Below, piece by piece: positions 8,039 to 17,333 of a DNA stretch of 38,016 nt. Below the pieces are notes generated by a model that was given only the letters and a program-made list of their open reading frames with translations, did no database searches and was not told the DNA's origin. Every line of letters starts with the position of its first letter. Positions within the stretch are counted from its first letter, which is position 1. This stretch comes from a virus. The position numbers were made by a program, and so were the translations under genes. The DNA lies in the UHGV virus genome UHGV-0259383. One strand, 5' to 3'.

Positions 8039-9385
8039 TTACCCATGCTTGACTACCGCGGGCTCATCCAGAAGAGCATCCGCCATGATGCTTGCGGCTT
8101 CTACACTGCTCTGGTGGAAGAAGTAGGCGTAGATATTTAAGGTGGTGCTGGTATTGGCGTGACCAAGAACACCGGATACGGTTCTGGGATCCAGTTTCTT
8201 GTTGATTAGGATGGAGGCGGTGGTGTGCCGGAGGTCGTGCAGGGTTAGATTGTCCGGGATCATTTCGGACTCATCTTTTGCGATATTGTTATTATAGATC
8301 CGGATCACACGTTTGAATTCCGTTCTGGGACTGTCTACATGCATCTGGGTACCATCATCCCGAATAAAGACAAAGTTGTCCTGGAATTGTTTACCGCGTG
8401 TGCCTTTCCAGTAATCTCCCAGCTGCAGGCAGATTTCTTTCTGCTCATGCAGGAGCTTCTTAGCAGTGTTGATTACCAGATCTGGAACAATACACCGCCT
8501 GGTGGCATAGGTTTTGGTTTCCTTGTGAATAACCTCTCCTTTTACAATGGCAGTGGATTTGGAGAAGTGGATAGTGTTTTGAGAAAAGTCAATGTCACTC
8601 CATAGAAGGGAAACAATTTCTCCCCGCCTGGCACCAGTGAAAAGTGCAATGTAAAAAAAGAGCTGCCATTTGAGATCGAGAGACCATGGCTGTTCATATT
8701 CTTTGATCTTAACTAGTTTGCCATTTCGTTTTACCATATGTTCTTTTCGCCGGACAGTAACCGGATGATCCAGGATCCATAAAAAGCGCTTTGCCTGGTC
8801 GATGGTAAGCTGCTTTGTTTTATATTCTCGTTTGACCTTTCCACGCCCACGTTGCTTTCCGGCATAGATCAGTGGATTGATGGAAAGATAGCCTTCTTCA
8901 ACGGCGTAGGAGAGTATGGAGCTGATGGTGGCTCTATATTTGGTGATACTGGATTCAGCCAGAGAACCGCCTTTTCCATCCAGCCTACAGTTATTCTGGC
9001 GCAGTCCATTTAAAAATTCTTTGACGGTATGATTGGTGATCTGAGCGAGTTTTACCTGTCCAAGGACCGGGATAATGCGGTCATTAAGTCTCTGACGGTA
9101 ATCTGCCATAGTGGATTTCGCAAGGGCTCCGGATGCTTCCATGTCTGTGAAAAAGGTGTTTGTAAATTTTTCAAAAGTGATTTTATCACCAGCAGCAGAT
9201 CCACCGGCTTTGATCTTGTCTTCAAAGCGAACTGCAAATTTATCCGCTGCTTTTCGTGCGCGCTCTTCAGACCATTTGGGATCTGGGGTAAAGGTGGCAG
9301 TTTCCATGATCTTTTTACCCTTGGAATCGTAACCACAGGAAACAGTAACGGTATAGCTGTTACCACGTTTTCGTATACTTGCCAT
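8039..9385 (-). CDS. int: Phage tyrosine integrase
   Basis: N-terminal arm-binding 'MASIRKRG'. Motifs TGARRGE, HDLRHT, LGH and TLNIY. Confidence 0.95.
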   Translation of the reverse strand: MASIRKRGNSYTVTVSCGYDSKGKKIMETATFTPDPKWSEERARKAADKFAVRFEDKIKAGGSAAGDKITFEKFTNTFFTDMEASGALAKSTMADYRQRLNDRIIPVLGQVKLAQITNHTVKEFLNGLRQNNCRLDGKGGSLAESSITKYRATISSILSYAVEEGYLSINPLIYAGKQRGRGKVKREYKTKQLTIDQAKRFLWILDHPVTVRRKEHMVKRNGKLVKIKEYEQPWSLDLKWQLFFYIALFTGARRGEIVSLLWSDIDFSQNTIHFSKSTAIVKGEVIHKETKTYATRRCIVPDLVINTAKKLLHEQKEICLQLGDYWKGTRGKQFQDNFVFIRDDGTQMHVDSPRTEFKRVIRIYNNNIAKDESEMIPDNLTLHDLRHTTASILINKKLDPRTVSGVLGHANTSTTLNIYAYFFHQSSVEAASIMADALLDEPAVVKHG

Positions 9386-9448
9386 ATATCATTCTCCTTC
9401 CTGGTTGTGATATCACAACCATAAAAATGGGTATAAAAATAACGCCCC

Positions 9449-9568
9449 TTGCAGGACGCTCTGAAAAATGATATAATTCAAGTGTTGAGTTTGATTATAT
9501 CTTCCGGAGCAATCCGCAAGAGAAAATCTATGTAAAGCCGTTCGGTGTTGGTAGCACCGGGCGGTTTT
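9449..9568 (+). promoter_or_regulatory. Promoter and short antisense transcript opposite the integrase leader
   Basis: TTGCAG(9449)-17 bp-TATAAT(9472). GC hairpin plus T-run at 9536-9568. Confidence 0.6.
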
Positions 9569-9590
9569 GCATTTTAAGTTGTGATTTTAT

Positions 9591-10268
9591 TTAGTAAGGT
9601 CCACCTGTCAGTCCAGAAATTAACTCTGATGAACTTCCGGATGATGAAGATCCTGAATTGCTATTGGATTCATTTGACGGATGTTCGTTAGTATATCCTG
9701 TGTCAGCGGATGAACTTGAAGCGGATGAACCTTCGGAATAATTGGTGGATTCCTGGTGCTTAGGTCCACCAGTTTGTCCAGGAGTTAATTCCGATGAACT
9801 TCCAATCGATGAGGATCCACCAGAATAATCAGTAGATTCTTGGTGTTTAGAATTGGTTGAGTCGATAGAAGAGTAAGATCTTCTGTCATCATCGTCATCG
9901 TCATCATCGGAACTATGGTCAGTGATGACTTTTGTGGTATTTTGGGAAATATAGCCAGGAATCCATGCGCCATCGGCTCCTACGTAATATCCGGTAAGGA
10001 CCCAACGGTTTTCATACATGGCACCGAAAGAATCTAAATAATAAAACTTATCGTCACATTTGATCCATCCGGTCTGCATGATAGAGTCGTTTCCAAAGTG
10101 ATACCATTTTTCTTTATATTGGATCCATTCAGAAGTGGCTTTGGTTCCATCATCTTTTGTATAGGTCCATACTGGGCCATTCTGCTGCCAAGTTCCTGCA
10201 AAGGCTGGGATAGCAGAGAGAAGAGAAAATACACCAGAGAACAAAGCTGATTTTATTTGTTTTTTCAT
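9591..10268 (-). CDS. Secreted protein with cell-wall-binding repeats and Ser/Gly/Asp-rich tail
   Basis: Signal peptide ending AFA, WYHF/FYYL repeats and a low-complexity duplicated C-terminus. Confidence 0.85.
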   Translation of the reverse strand: MKKQIKSALFSGVFSLLSAIPAFAGTWQQNGPVWTYTKDDGTKATSEWIQYKEKWYHFGNDSIMQTGWIKCDDKFYYLDSFGAMYENRWVLTGYYVGADGAWIPGYISQNTTKVITDHSSDDDDDDDDRRSYSSIDSTNSKHQESTDYSGGSSSIGSSSELTPGQTGGPKHQESTNYSEGSSASSSSADTGYTNEHPSNESNSNSGSSSSGSSSELISGLTGGPY

Positions 10269-10273
10269 ATTGT

Positions 10274-10702
10274 TTATCTTCCTTTCAAACGTAATTCAAT
10301 CAAATCTTTCTGATATCCCAGCAAGCGAGAAATCTGATCAATGGTATAGTTCTCATGTTCAGCCAGAGAATCGTCTCCGATCAGGAGATGCATGGCAAAG
10401 GTATCCGCCTCCATTTCATATTTGTAGGTATTGAAATGGGTCCTGGTGTCCATGAAGATGGCGTTGGCCTTTTTGTGAAGAAACATGTGGCCAAGTTCAT
10501 GGGCGCATACAAAAAGCTTTTCATGCTCTGGAAGATCTTCAGCAATATAAATGATGTTGTTTCTTTGAAAATACTGGTAAAAGCCGCGGACACCTACCAG
10601 TGGGGTAAAAACAAGGATCACATTTAAACCGCGGATGATTTCAAAAGGGTTTCTGGTCTGATGTTTACGAACCAGATCCTCAGCCTTTTTCTTGATATCC
10701 AT
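10274..10702 (-). CDS. ImmA/IrrE-family metallopeptidase (antirepressor)
   Basis: AHELGH...E.EAD.FA, directly downstream of the repressor. Confidence 0.9.
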   Translation of the reverse strand: MDIKKKAEDLVRKHQTRNPFEIIRGLNVILVFTPLVGVRGFYQYFQRNNIIYIAEDLPEHEKLFVCAHELGHMFLHKKANAIFMDTRTHFNTYKYEMEADTFAMHLLIGDDSLAEHENYTIDQISRLLGYQKDLIELRLKGR

Positions 10703-10705
10703 AGG

Positions 10706-11119
10706 CTAATCCTTCTTATATTTTTTAGGCGTATATTTTTCCTTATTTTTCTTCTTTGCCATCTCCATACCGATCTGCATGGCGGCCAGGATTGATTCAA
10801 TAGCTTCCGGAGAAGCTGGATCGCCGTCGAACATCAAACCTTCTTGTGATAGTAATTGTTCTTTGGTCTGTTCAAGAATTTTGGTAATGTCTCGCTCATC
10901 CCTCATAGTAAGTTCCTGGGATTTTTCAGTGTCTCCGTTTAATAAATAATCCATTGATACATTGAAAAACTTGGCTACAGCATTCAATTTATCAGCATTT
11001 GGGGTTGATTTGTCCCATTTTACTATAGTGCTATTACCAAAGCCTAGTTCAGATTCTAACACAGGGAGGCTAATACCGCGTTCCTGAGCGAGCGCTTTTA
11101 CGCGGTCCTTTAGGGTCAT
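10706..11119 (-). CDS. CI/ImmR-like XRE repressor
   Basis: N-terminal HTH with 'VAKFFNVSMDYLL'. Divergent from cro. Confidence 0.9.
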   Translation of the reverse strand: MTLKDRVKALAQERGISLPVLESELGFGNSTIVKWDKSTPNADKLNAVAKFFNVSMDYLLNGDTEKSQELTMRDERDITKILEQTKEQLLSQEGLMFDGDPASPEAIESILAAMQIGMEMAKKKNKEKYTPKKYKKD

Positions 11120-11138
11120 AGTATTCTCCTTTCAAATA

Positions 11139-11345
11139 CGAGAAAAAAATCTCGAAAAAGTATTGACAAAAAGAAAATATTCTCGTATAGTTAGGAGTGT
11201 AAAGAGAAAACATTCTCGTAAAACTTAAACCAGTAGTTAAACGCCAATTTAAAAGACTGGATATAAGAGAATATATTCATATTGTCTATTTGTATAATAG
11301 AATATTTTCTCACAAATGTCAATAAGATAATGAGAATATTTTCTA
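11139..11345. promoter_or_regulatory. Lysis-lysogeny switch: face-to-face promoters and six 14-bp operators (GAGAAWAWWTTCTC-like)
   Basis: Plus strand TTGACA(11163)-17-TATAGT(11186). Minus strand TTGACA(11317-11322)-17-TATTAT(11294-11299). Operators at 11140, 11171, 11204, 11267, 11298 and 11332. Confidence 0.85.
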
Positions 11346-11376
11346 CTATAAGTCACAAACTGGGAGGTGGTGAAAG

Positions 11377-11559
11377 GTGCTATTTGATAATGTGAAGAAA
11401 CTTTGCGAGGAAAGAAAAATTTCTGTATGGAGATTAGAAAAGGATCTTGGATTTTCAAATCGAAGTATTAGCAAATGGAATGAATCAGATCCAGGGATCC
11501 GCAAGGTTCAGAAAGTTGCTGATTATTTAGGAGTACCTATTGAGAAGCTGCTGGAATAG
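11377..11559 (+). CDS. Cro-like HTH regulator
   Basis: 60-aa XRE HTH with GGAGG RBS and GTG start. Confidence 0.88.
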   Translation: MLFDNVKKLCEERKISVWRLEKDLGFSNRSISKWNESDPGIRKVQKVADYLGVPIEKLLE

Positions 11560-11578
11560 GACGAGAGGGGGGAGAGGG

Positions 11579-11722
11579 ATGGACTTATCAAAAGTAAAGA
11601 CTTCTGAGCTGGTTGCAGAATTAGAGACCAGAGAGGGTGTAAATATGATCATTGCAGATCCTTATCAGAAAGGAGAAGTTTCTGTAGAAGGTCCTGCTGT
11701 GATTTTGGTTGTTATGGATTAA
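11579..11722 (+). CDS. Small protein, BC1881-like
   Basis: ATG1579-type start after GGAG (ATG at 11579). 'TSELVAEL.TREGV...VEGPAVILVV.D'. Confidence 0.65.
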   Translation: MDLSKVKTSELVAELETREGVNMIIADPYQKGEVSVEGPAVILVVMD

Positions 11723-11765
11723 TGGAGTGCTCAACCGTAGCAGCGGATAAGAAAGGAGTGGCAAT

Positions 11766-12032
11766 ATGGTACCAAGAATGAGAACTCTTGAGCAGTGTGC
11801 TGCGTATTTTAAGGAGCAGGATCCAGAGACTACTGTAACACGTTATCGAATTCGTCAGATGGTTCTGGATGGTACAATTCCGCATGTGATGTGTGGAAAT
11901 AAGTATCTCGTAAACTTGGATAGAGTGATTGAGTATTTTACTGGCCCAGAATTGGAATCAGAAAAGAAAACTGAGCAGGAGAAGAAGCTGGAATCCAGAC
12001 GGTTGAAGGTTCGTAGAATGATGGTTGGATGA
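11766..12032 (+). CDS. Excisionase-like HTH protein
   Basis: 'PRMRT..AA...IRQMV.DG.IP..CGNKYLVNLD'. Confidence 0.75.
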   Translation: MVPRMRTLEQCAAYFKEQDPETTVTRYRIRQMVLDGTIPHVMCGNKYLVNLDRVIEYFTGPELESEKKTEQEKKLESRRLKVRRMMVG

Positions 12033-12045
12033 AAGCAGGTGCGAA

Positions 12046-12363
12046 ATGAAACTGAAAGATTTGCTGAAAAAGTTTGGTGGTGGCGCCTGTGTGTCAGTGT
12101 ACGATGATTCCAAGGATTACTGCAAAGAAGCTGCTTACGATTATTATGATCTTCCTAAATGGGCAAGATCAAAAGCTGGATTGCAGGAGTTTCTTTCTGA
12201 TGACAATCCAAACCATTACAGAATGACATGCATCACGTTGGAAGAATGGTGGCCAGATGTTAAAGACCACAAAGTTGAGAGCTGGGGAATTGAGATCAAT
12301 GGACATGGTGAACCGGCGGTATGGGTCTGCCTGGAATGTACAGTTGGTGGGAGGAAAATGTAG
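12046..12363 (+). CDS. Hypothetical protein
   Basis: ORF in the early operon. Start uncertain. Confidence 0.6.
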   Translation: MKLKDLLKKFGGGACVSVYDDSKDYCKEAAYDYYDLPKWARSKAGLQEFLSDDNPNHYRMTCITLEEWWPDVKDHKVESWGIEINGHGEPAVWVCLECTVGGRKM

Positions 12364-12546
12364 ATGAGAATCTTAAGGGTAATTTCCTGGGACAAGCTCC
12401 GGCAGGAGTACCACCAGGAACGGTTGAGAAAGCAGGCGTGGCTCCGGGCAATCCAGGAGGTTATCAAGGCGGTGCTTCTGGGTGTGGTGGTTGGGGCACC
12501 GATCGGGACCATGCTGGCAGTGTGGAGGGCATTATGGATCTTGTAA
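12364..12546 (+). CDS. Small hypothetical membrane protein
   Basis: GGAGG RBS and a hydrophobic C-terminus. Confidence 0.6.
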   Translation: MRILRVISWDKLRQEYHQERLRKQAWLRAIQEVIKAVLLGVVVGAPIGTMLAVWRALWIL

Positions 12547-12629
12547 AGTTTACAAACTGGTTAGTACCAAGAGTGATAGGCGCTGGTGGCGTGCTGCTGA
12601 TGGTGATGGCAGTATCACAGATCTTTTAA
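12534..12629 (+). CDS. Small hydrophobic peptide (31 aa, MDLVKFTNWLVPRV...)
   Basis: GGAGG RBS 6 nt upstream. Confidence 0.5.
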   Translation: MDLVKFTNWLVPRVIGAGGVLLMVMAVSQIF

Positions 12630-12724
12630 GGAGGTGGGGCCTATGAAAAGCGAATACCTGTGCCGGGTGTGGATGTAAGACCTGGTGCTGGGAGCGGGAC
12701 CGGGATTACCGGTGCCGGAGCTAT

Positions 12725-12814
12725 AAAAAATGGACCCGTCAGCGGCAACTGAACGAGTCCAGAAACAATGAATATGTTCAACCTCAGTATAGAGGAAGAT
12801 TGGAGGAAAATCAA
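12725..12814 (-). promoter_or_regulatory. Antisense promoter plus terminator inside the early operon
   Basis: Minus strand TTGATT(12809-12814)-17-TATACT(12786-12791). Hairpin 12731-12761 followed by a U-run. Confidence 0.65.
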
Positions 12815-12815
12815 G

Positions 12816-13106
12816 ATGGTAAAGGTAACCGTTGAGGAAAATGGACAGACAGAGGCGAAGCTGGACGGTGAGTTTGTCCTTGCAGCCACATTTGAGAAGA
12901 TCGAGGGTGGAGCTCAAATTTTGATCGCAGGTGTCGGTGGTATTCAGCCAAAAGATTTTATGATAGTGCTGGGGCAGATTGTGGTTGAGGTGACAAAGCG
13001 TCATTTGGAAGATCCAAAGCTTAGAGAGCTTACATATATTTATCTGTTAGAGAAAGTAACTGAGGTGTTAAAAAAGACAGTTCTGGAAGAGAGGAAAATG
13101 AAATGA
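12816..13106 (+). CDS. Hypothetical protein
   Basis: GGAGG RBS before ATG12816. Confidence 0.7.
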   Translation: MVKVTVEENGQTEAKLDGEFVLAATFEKIEGGAQILIAGVGGIQPKDFMIVLGQIVVEVTKRHLEDPKLRELTYIYLLEKVTEVLKKTVLEERKMK

Positions 13107-13267
13107 GAACTGATGCTTTTATCCCAGAAAATGCTAACGAGGAGACCCTGATGCTTCAGGGACGGATCAATGCCATGGCTGCGGTGCTGGCCTATACCAA
13201 GGGTGAGGCAATCAGTAAGGAACTGGTGAAAGCGATTGTCGGGATCGAACCGGAGGAGGATGTGTAG
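13103..13267 (+). CDS. Small hypothetical protein (54 aa, MRTDAFIPEN...)
   Basis: ATGA overlap and GAGG RBS. Confidence 0.6.
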   Translation: MRTDAFIPENANEETLMLQGRINAMAAVLAYTKGEAISKELVKAIVGIEPEEDV

Positions 13268-13269
13268 CG

Positions 13270-13443
13270 ATGTATGGATATGTCTGTAAGCACTGTGGAG
13301 CCAGGCTGGATCCTGGAGAAAAGTGCGACTGCGAGGAGGAGAAACAATGGTCACCAGGACTGTATTCCAGAGCCGGGAAGAATGGCTGGAAGGAAGAAAA
13401 GGCCACATCGGCGGTTCGGATGCGAGTGTGTGCGTCGGCATGA
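13270..13443 (+). CDS. Small zinc-ribbon protein (CKHCGARLDPGEKCDC)
   Basis: GGAGGAGG RBS and Cys motif. The 3' part overlaps the exonuclease gene. Confidence 0.6.
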   Translation: MYGYVCKHCGARLDPGEKCDCEEEKQWSPGLYSRAGKNGWKEEKATSAVRMRVCASA

Positions 13444-13997
13444 ATCCCTATAAGGATAATATCCAGTTATGGGAGGAGAAGACGGGCCTGGTAATCCCGG
13501 AGGATATTTCCGATAAATCTTATGTGAAATATGGAACAGAGGCGGAGCAGCATATCCGCGCTCTGTTCGCTCTGGATTTCCCACAGTATCAGGTTCTGTA
13601 TGAAGAGAACAACATGTTCCTTAATTCTGATTACCCATGGATGCATGCGTCCCTGGATGGGGAGCTGATCGATGAGAATGGTCGGCATGGGATACTGGAG
13701 ATCAAGACCACCAATATCCTTCAGAGCATGCAACGGGAGAAGTGGCATGACCGGATCCCAGATAATTATTACTGCCAGATCCTGCATTACCTGACAGTGA
13801 CGGAGTATGAGTTCGCGGTATTGAAGGCTAGGCTGAAAAGCGAGTGGAAAGGTGAACTGATCATCAAGGAAAAGCACTATTTCATTGAGAGAAGCGAAGT
13901 GGAAGAAGATATCAAAATGCTGGTGGAGGCGGAGAGAAGGTTTTGGGAATGTGTAGAGAGTGGACACAGGCCGGATCTGATCCTTCCGGCAATTTAA
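13347..13997 (+). CDS. YqaJ/lambda-exonuclease-family nuclease
   Basis: IGGSD, ASLDG, LEIKT and YYCQ motifs. Confidence 0.93.
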   Translation: MVTRTVFQSREEWLEGRKGHIGGSDASVCVGMNPYKDNIQLWEEKTGLVIPEDISDKSYVKYGTEAEQHIRALFALDFPQYQVLYEENNMFLNSDYPWMHASLDGELIDENGRHGILEIKTTNILQSMQREKWHDRIPDNYYCQILHYLTVTEYEFAVLKARLKSEWKGELIIKEKHYFIERSEVEEDIKMLVEAERRFWECVESGHRPDLILPAI

Positions 13998-14015
13998 AAA
14001 TGAAGGAGAAAAAGT

Positions 14016-14900
14016 ATGGAACTGAAGATCTACAGCCCGCAGGATGCGGGATTTATCCAGCGGATTGACTGGAACTTTGAAGAGCTGAAAGCGGAGATCA
14101 CTGCGGCCGCGCAGGAGTATGAAACTTCTGTTTACACGGATGACACGATCAAGGCGGCAAAGGCTGACCGGGCAAAGTTAAATAAGTTTGTGGATGCCCT
14201 GGAGGGAAAACGAACCGAGATCCGTAAGAAACTTCTGGAACCGGATGAACTCTTTGGACAGCAGGTAAAGGAACTGACCGGGATCGTCCAGAGGGCGATC
14301 AAGAACATCGATGGCCAGGTAAAAGACTACGAGGAGCGCCAGCGGAAGGAAAAACTGGACAAGGTCCGGGAGTTTTATGAGGAGAATATCCAGGATCTGG
14401 CGGAATATCTTCCCTGGGAGCGAGTGATGAAACCAGAATATGGCAATGCCTCCAAGACGATGAAATCCATCAAGGAAGAGATCATGGCGCTGATCCAGAA
14501 GGTGGCTGAGGGACTGGCAATCTTAAATGAGGTGGACAGCCCTTATGCCAGAGACATGAAGGAGGTCTTTTTAAAGACCTATGACATCGGCACCGCCATG
14601 GCAGAGAGAAACCGCCTGGAAGCCGCGGAGCAGAAGCGGAAAGAATACGAAGCCGAGATGGCCAGAAGAAAAGCGGAACAGGAAGCCAGAAGAAAGGCAG
14701 CGACCCAGGCGGTGGCAGCTGCCGGAAGAAAAATGGAGGAGAAGGAACTGGCACCAGCGCCGAAAGAAGCGATTGAGACGGTGCAGGATCCAGTCTATGT
14801 ATTGGATTTCCGTGTCCATGCAACGGAAAAGCAGTTGGATGATCTGAAATACTTTTTAAGAAGCAACGGCATCCGGTTTGAGCCGGTACCGAAACAGTAG
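14016..14900 (+). CDS. DUF1351-like coiled-coil protein
   Basis: 'WNFEELK...AKADRAKLNK'. Lies between exonuclease and annealase. Confidence 0.78.
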   Translation: MELKIYSPQDAGFIQRIDWNFEELKAEITAAAQEYETSVYTDDTIKAAKADRAKLNKFVDALEGKRTEIRKKLLEPDELFGQQVKELTGIVQRAIKNIDGQVKDYEERQRKEKLDKVREFYEENIQDLAEYLPWERVMKPEYGNASKTMKSIKEEIMALIQKVAEGLAILNEVDSPYARDMKEVFLKTYDIGTAMAERNRLEAAEQKRKEYEAEMARRKAEQEARRKAATQAVAAAGRKMEEKELAPAPKEAIETVQDPVYVLDFRVHATEKQLDDLKYFLRSNGIRFEPVPKQ

Positions 14901-14914
14901 AAGGAGGAGTAAAG

Positions 14915-15655
14915 ATGGCAGTAGGAAACAGTTTAGCACCAAAAGCGCAGCAGAAACCAGAGAAAGTGGAGTTTGAGGTAGCGGGAGAGAAGGTTGTGCT
15001 GACCCCGCAGACGGTCCGTGATTATCTGGTGAGTGGAGACAAGGAACGAGTGACCATGCAGGAGATTGTGATGTTTATCAATCTCTGCAGGTACGCTGGA
15101 CTGAACCCGTGGTTAAAGGAGGCGTACTGTATCAAGTACGGAAATGAGCCAGCGACCATGGTGGTCGGTAAGGAAGCATTCATGAAGCGGGCGGAGAGTG
15201 CGCCGGGGTATGACGGCATTGATGCAGGAATTATTGTGACTACTGGAGATGCGATTACATACCGGAAAGGAACACTGAAGCTTCCTGGGGAAGAGATTCT
15301 TGGCGGTTACGCAGAGGTCTACCGGAAAGACCGTTCCCATCCGTATCGTATTGAGGTGTCTTTCGAGGAGTATGCAGGCAGAAAGAAGGACGGCAGCTTA
15401 AACAGCCAGTGGTCCAAAAAGCCAGCCACCATGATCCGTAAGGTGGCGCTGGTGCAGGCACTCCGTGAAGCGTTTCCAGATAATTTTTCCGGCTTATACA
15501 GTGAGGAAGAAGTGGAGAATGGGGACGGCGTGTTTGAGCCGCCTGTGATCCCTGCAGAGACCAGACCGGAGATCCCACAGCAGAATCCGACCGTGGCAGA
15601 CGTCACAGGCCAGATGCAGGGAGCCGTGGATCCGACGGCATCATTTTTTAACTAA
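14915..15655 (+). CDS. bet: Bet/RecT single-strand annealing protein
   Basis: 'GLNPW.KEAY.IKY', 'W.KKPATMIRKVALVQALREAFP'. Confidence 0.92.
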   Translation: MAVGNSLAPKAQQKPEKVEFEVAGEKVVLTPQTVRDYLVSGDKERVTMQEIVMFINLCRYAGLNPWLKEAYCIKYGNEPATMVVGKEAFMKRAESAPGYDGIDAGIIVTTGDAITYRKGTLKLPGEEILGGYAEVYRKDRSHPYRIEVSFEEYAGRKKDGSLNSQWSKKPATMIRKVALVQALREAFPDNFSGLYSEEEVENGDGVFEPPVIPAETRPEIPQQNPTVADVTGQMQGAVDPTASFFN

Positions 15656-15684
15656 AAATAACTTGAGGAAAGGAGGCACACTCC

Positions 15685-16113
15685 ATGGCGAAGAAAAGAA
15701 TCAGCATGGATGATATGTGCGGTGGCGCGCTGCTCCAGCGGTTCAACATGGAAATGGCGAAGATTGGCCGGAACATCATGGATCCGAATACCGACCCAAG
15801 GAAGCCGAGAAAGCTGACCATTTCCCTGACATTCAAAGCGGATGAGAGCCGGAAATCGTTAACTACCAGCATCAACACAAGCAGTTCCCTTGCACCGCTG
15901 GAGCCGATCAGCACGATCTTGCTGGCCGGACAGGACATCCGGACCGGAGCAATCAACATCCAGGAACTGGATAATTACAACAATTCCCTGCAGGTGGCAG
16001 GGGAGAGAACTACGGTGCAGGCGGAAGAAATCCGGCCGGAACCGGCACAGGCATTTGACCCGGAAACCGGAGAAATTTATGGAAAACCGATTGATTTAAG
16101 AGCAGCGCAGTAA
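15685..16113 (+). CDS. Conserved phage hypothetical protein
   Basis: 'NI.DPNT..KPRKLTI.L', C-terminal DPETGEI. Confidence 0.75.
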   Translation: MAKKRISMDDMCGGALLQRFNMEMAKIGRNIMDPNTDPRKPRKLTISLTFKADESRKSLTTSINTSSSLAPLEPISTILLAGQDIRTGAINIQELDNYNNSLQVAGERTTVQAEEIRPEPAQAFDPETGEIYGKPIDLRAAQ

Positions 16114-16125
16114 AGGAGAAGATGT

Positions 16126-16863
16126 ATGTTAGAAGGATTAAGAGAAGCATTGAATTATGTGGTGGATTTAGGAAAAAAGGCAGAGGAGCCGAAGGTGTTG
16201 GAAATCTGCGGAAAGACCTATGCAACCAGGGAACTGGTCCGCTATGGGAAATGTGATAAGGCAAGTGCTATTGAAGCCCATACCCTGTCGGCATTAGTGG
16301 AGTATATTGAGCGGTGCGGTGAGGAATTCCAGGCTAATATGTTGATTCATGTGGTAAGCCCGAAAGAGGTCCGGCTGATCTCGACACTGGATGAAAACCG
16401 GACAAGAGAGACTTTGTTTATCAGTAGAGCGGAGGTATCTGAGTTTGGCTTTGATATATGGTATGACCAGGAGCGTTTCATGATCGAACTGCAGGCCAAT
16501 TTCCTGATGAATAATGATCTGGCGGCGGTTATGAAGATGGCCGGAAATATCGATAAGAATAACAGTACCAATTTCACCGATGATGGTGTGACCCAGGTGG
16601 CTACCATCAACGTGGGTGTGGCTGTGAAGGCGGATGCCCTGGTGCCGAACCCGGTGGAGCTGATTCCGTTCCGTACTTTCCAGGAAGTAGACCAGCCAGC
16701 AAGTAAGTTCGTGTTCCGTGTTGGTGACAAGGAGGTACCGGCATTTAAACTGGTCGAGGCAGAAAATAGCATTTGGAAGAATCAGGCGATCGAGAATGTA
16801 AAGAGATTTCTTCGGGATGCACTTCTGGAAGAATTCAGAAGAACCATTCCGATCATCGGATAA
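16126..16863 (+). CDS. Conserved phage hypothetical protein (partner of the preceding gene)
   Basis: 'DDGVTQ..VPNPV.L.PFRTF.EV.QP.S.FVFR'. Confidence 0.75.
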   Translation: MLEGLREALNYVVDLGKKAEEPKVLEICGKTYATRELVRYGKCDKASAIEAHTLSALVEYIERCGEEFQANMLIHVVSPKEVRLISTLDENRTRETLFISRAEVSEFGFDIWYDQERFMIELQANFLMNNDLAAVMKMAGNIDKNNSTNFTDDGVTQVATINVGVAVKADALVPNPVELIPFRTFQEVDQPASKFVFRVGDKEVPAFKLVEAENSIWKNQAIENVKRFLRDALLEEFRRTIPIIG

Positions 16864-17030
16864 TGAAGATCCTTTTGGCAGGATGATGTGTCACAACATT
16901 GAATGCCATGGAATATAACCTTTTGGGACCGGTGAACCTGACTGTCTGCCGGTCCCAACTCAGAAAGGCAGTAGGTATGGGCAAGGAAACATTTCCAAAA
17001 TGCAGGCCATGTTATGGCAGCAGGAGAAAG

Positions 17031-17333
17031 ATGGAAAACGATAATTTCCGCATTCGGTATAAAACCCTGAGAAATGTATCCTCGTATTTTATTGGACGTG
17101 CTGACGTCCGTGAACAGATTTTTGAAGAAAAGGGCAGAACGTGTTACCTGTGCGGTTCGACGGAACATATGCAGATCGATCATGTGATCTCTGTTTATGA
17201 AGGGGCATTAAAAAGAATCCCCTATTATGTAATCAATTCCTATGAGAACCTCATGCCGGTGTGTGGCAGGTGCAATGCGAAGAAAAGCCCGGAACAAGGA
17301 GTAGTATGGCAGGACGGCCAAAACAGGGCATAG
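17031..17333 (+). CDS. HNH endonuclease
   Basis: CYLC..IDHVI...ENL...CGRCN. AGGAG RBS before ATG17031. Confidence 0.85.
   Translation: MENDNFRIRYKTLRNVSSYFIGRADVREQIFEEKGRTCYLCGSTEHMQIDHVISVYEGALKRIPYYVINSYENLMPVCGRCNAKKSPEQGVVWQDGQNRA

Noticed and set aside
7938..8126. 62-aa plus-strand ORF
   Set aside because: It overlaps the attP arm repeats and the integrase end, with no RBS.
12643..12752. Small ORF or frameshifted peptide before the antisense terminator
   Set aside because: The ATG frame stops after 11 codons and the longer Gly-rich frame has no start. Not supportable without homologues.
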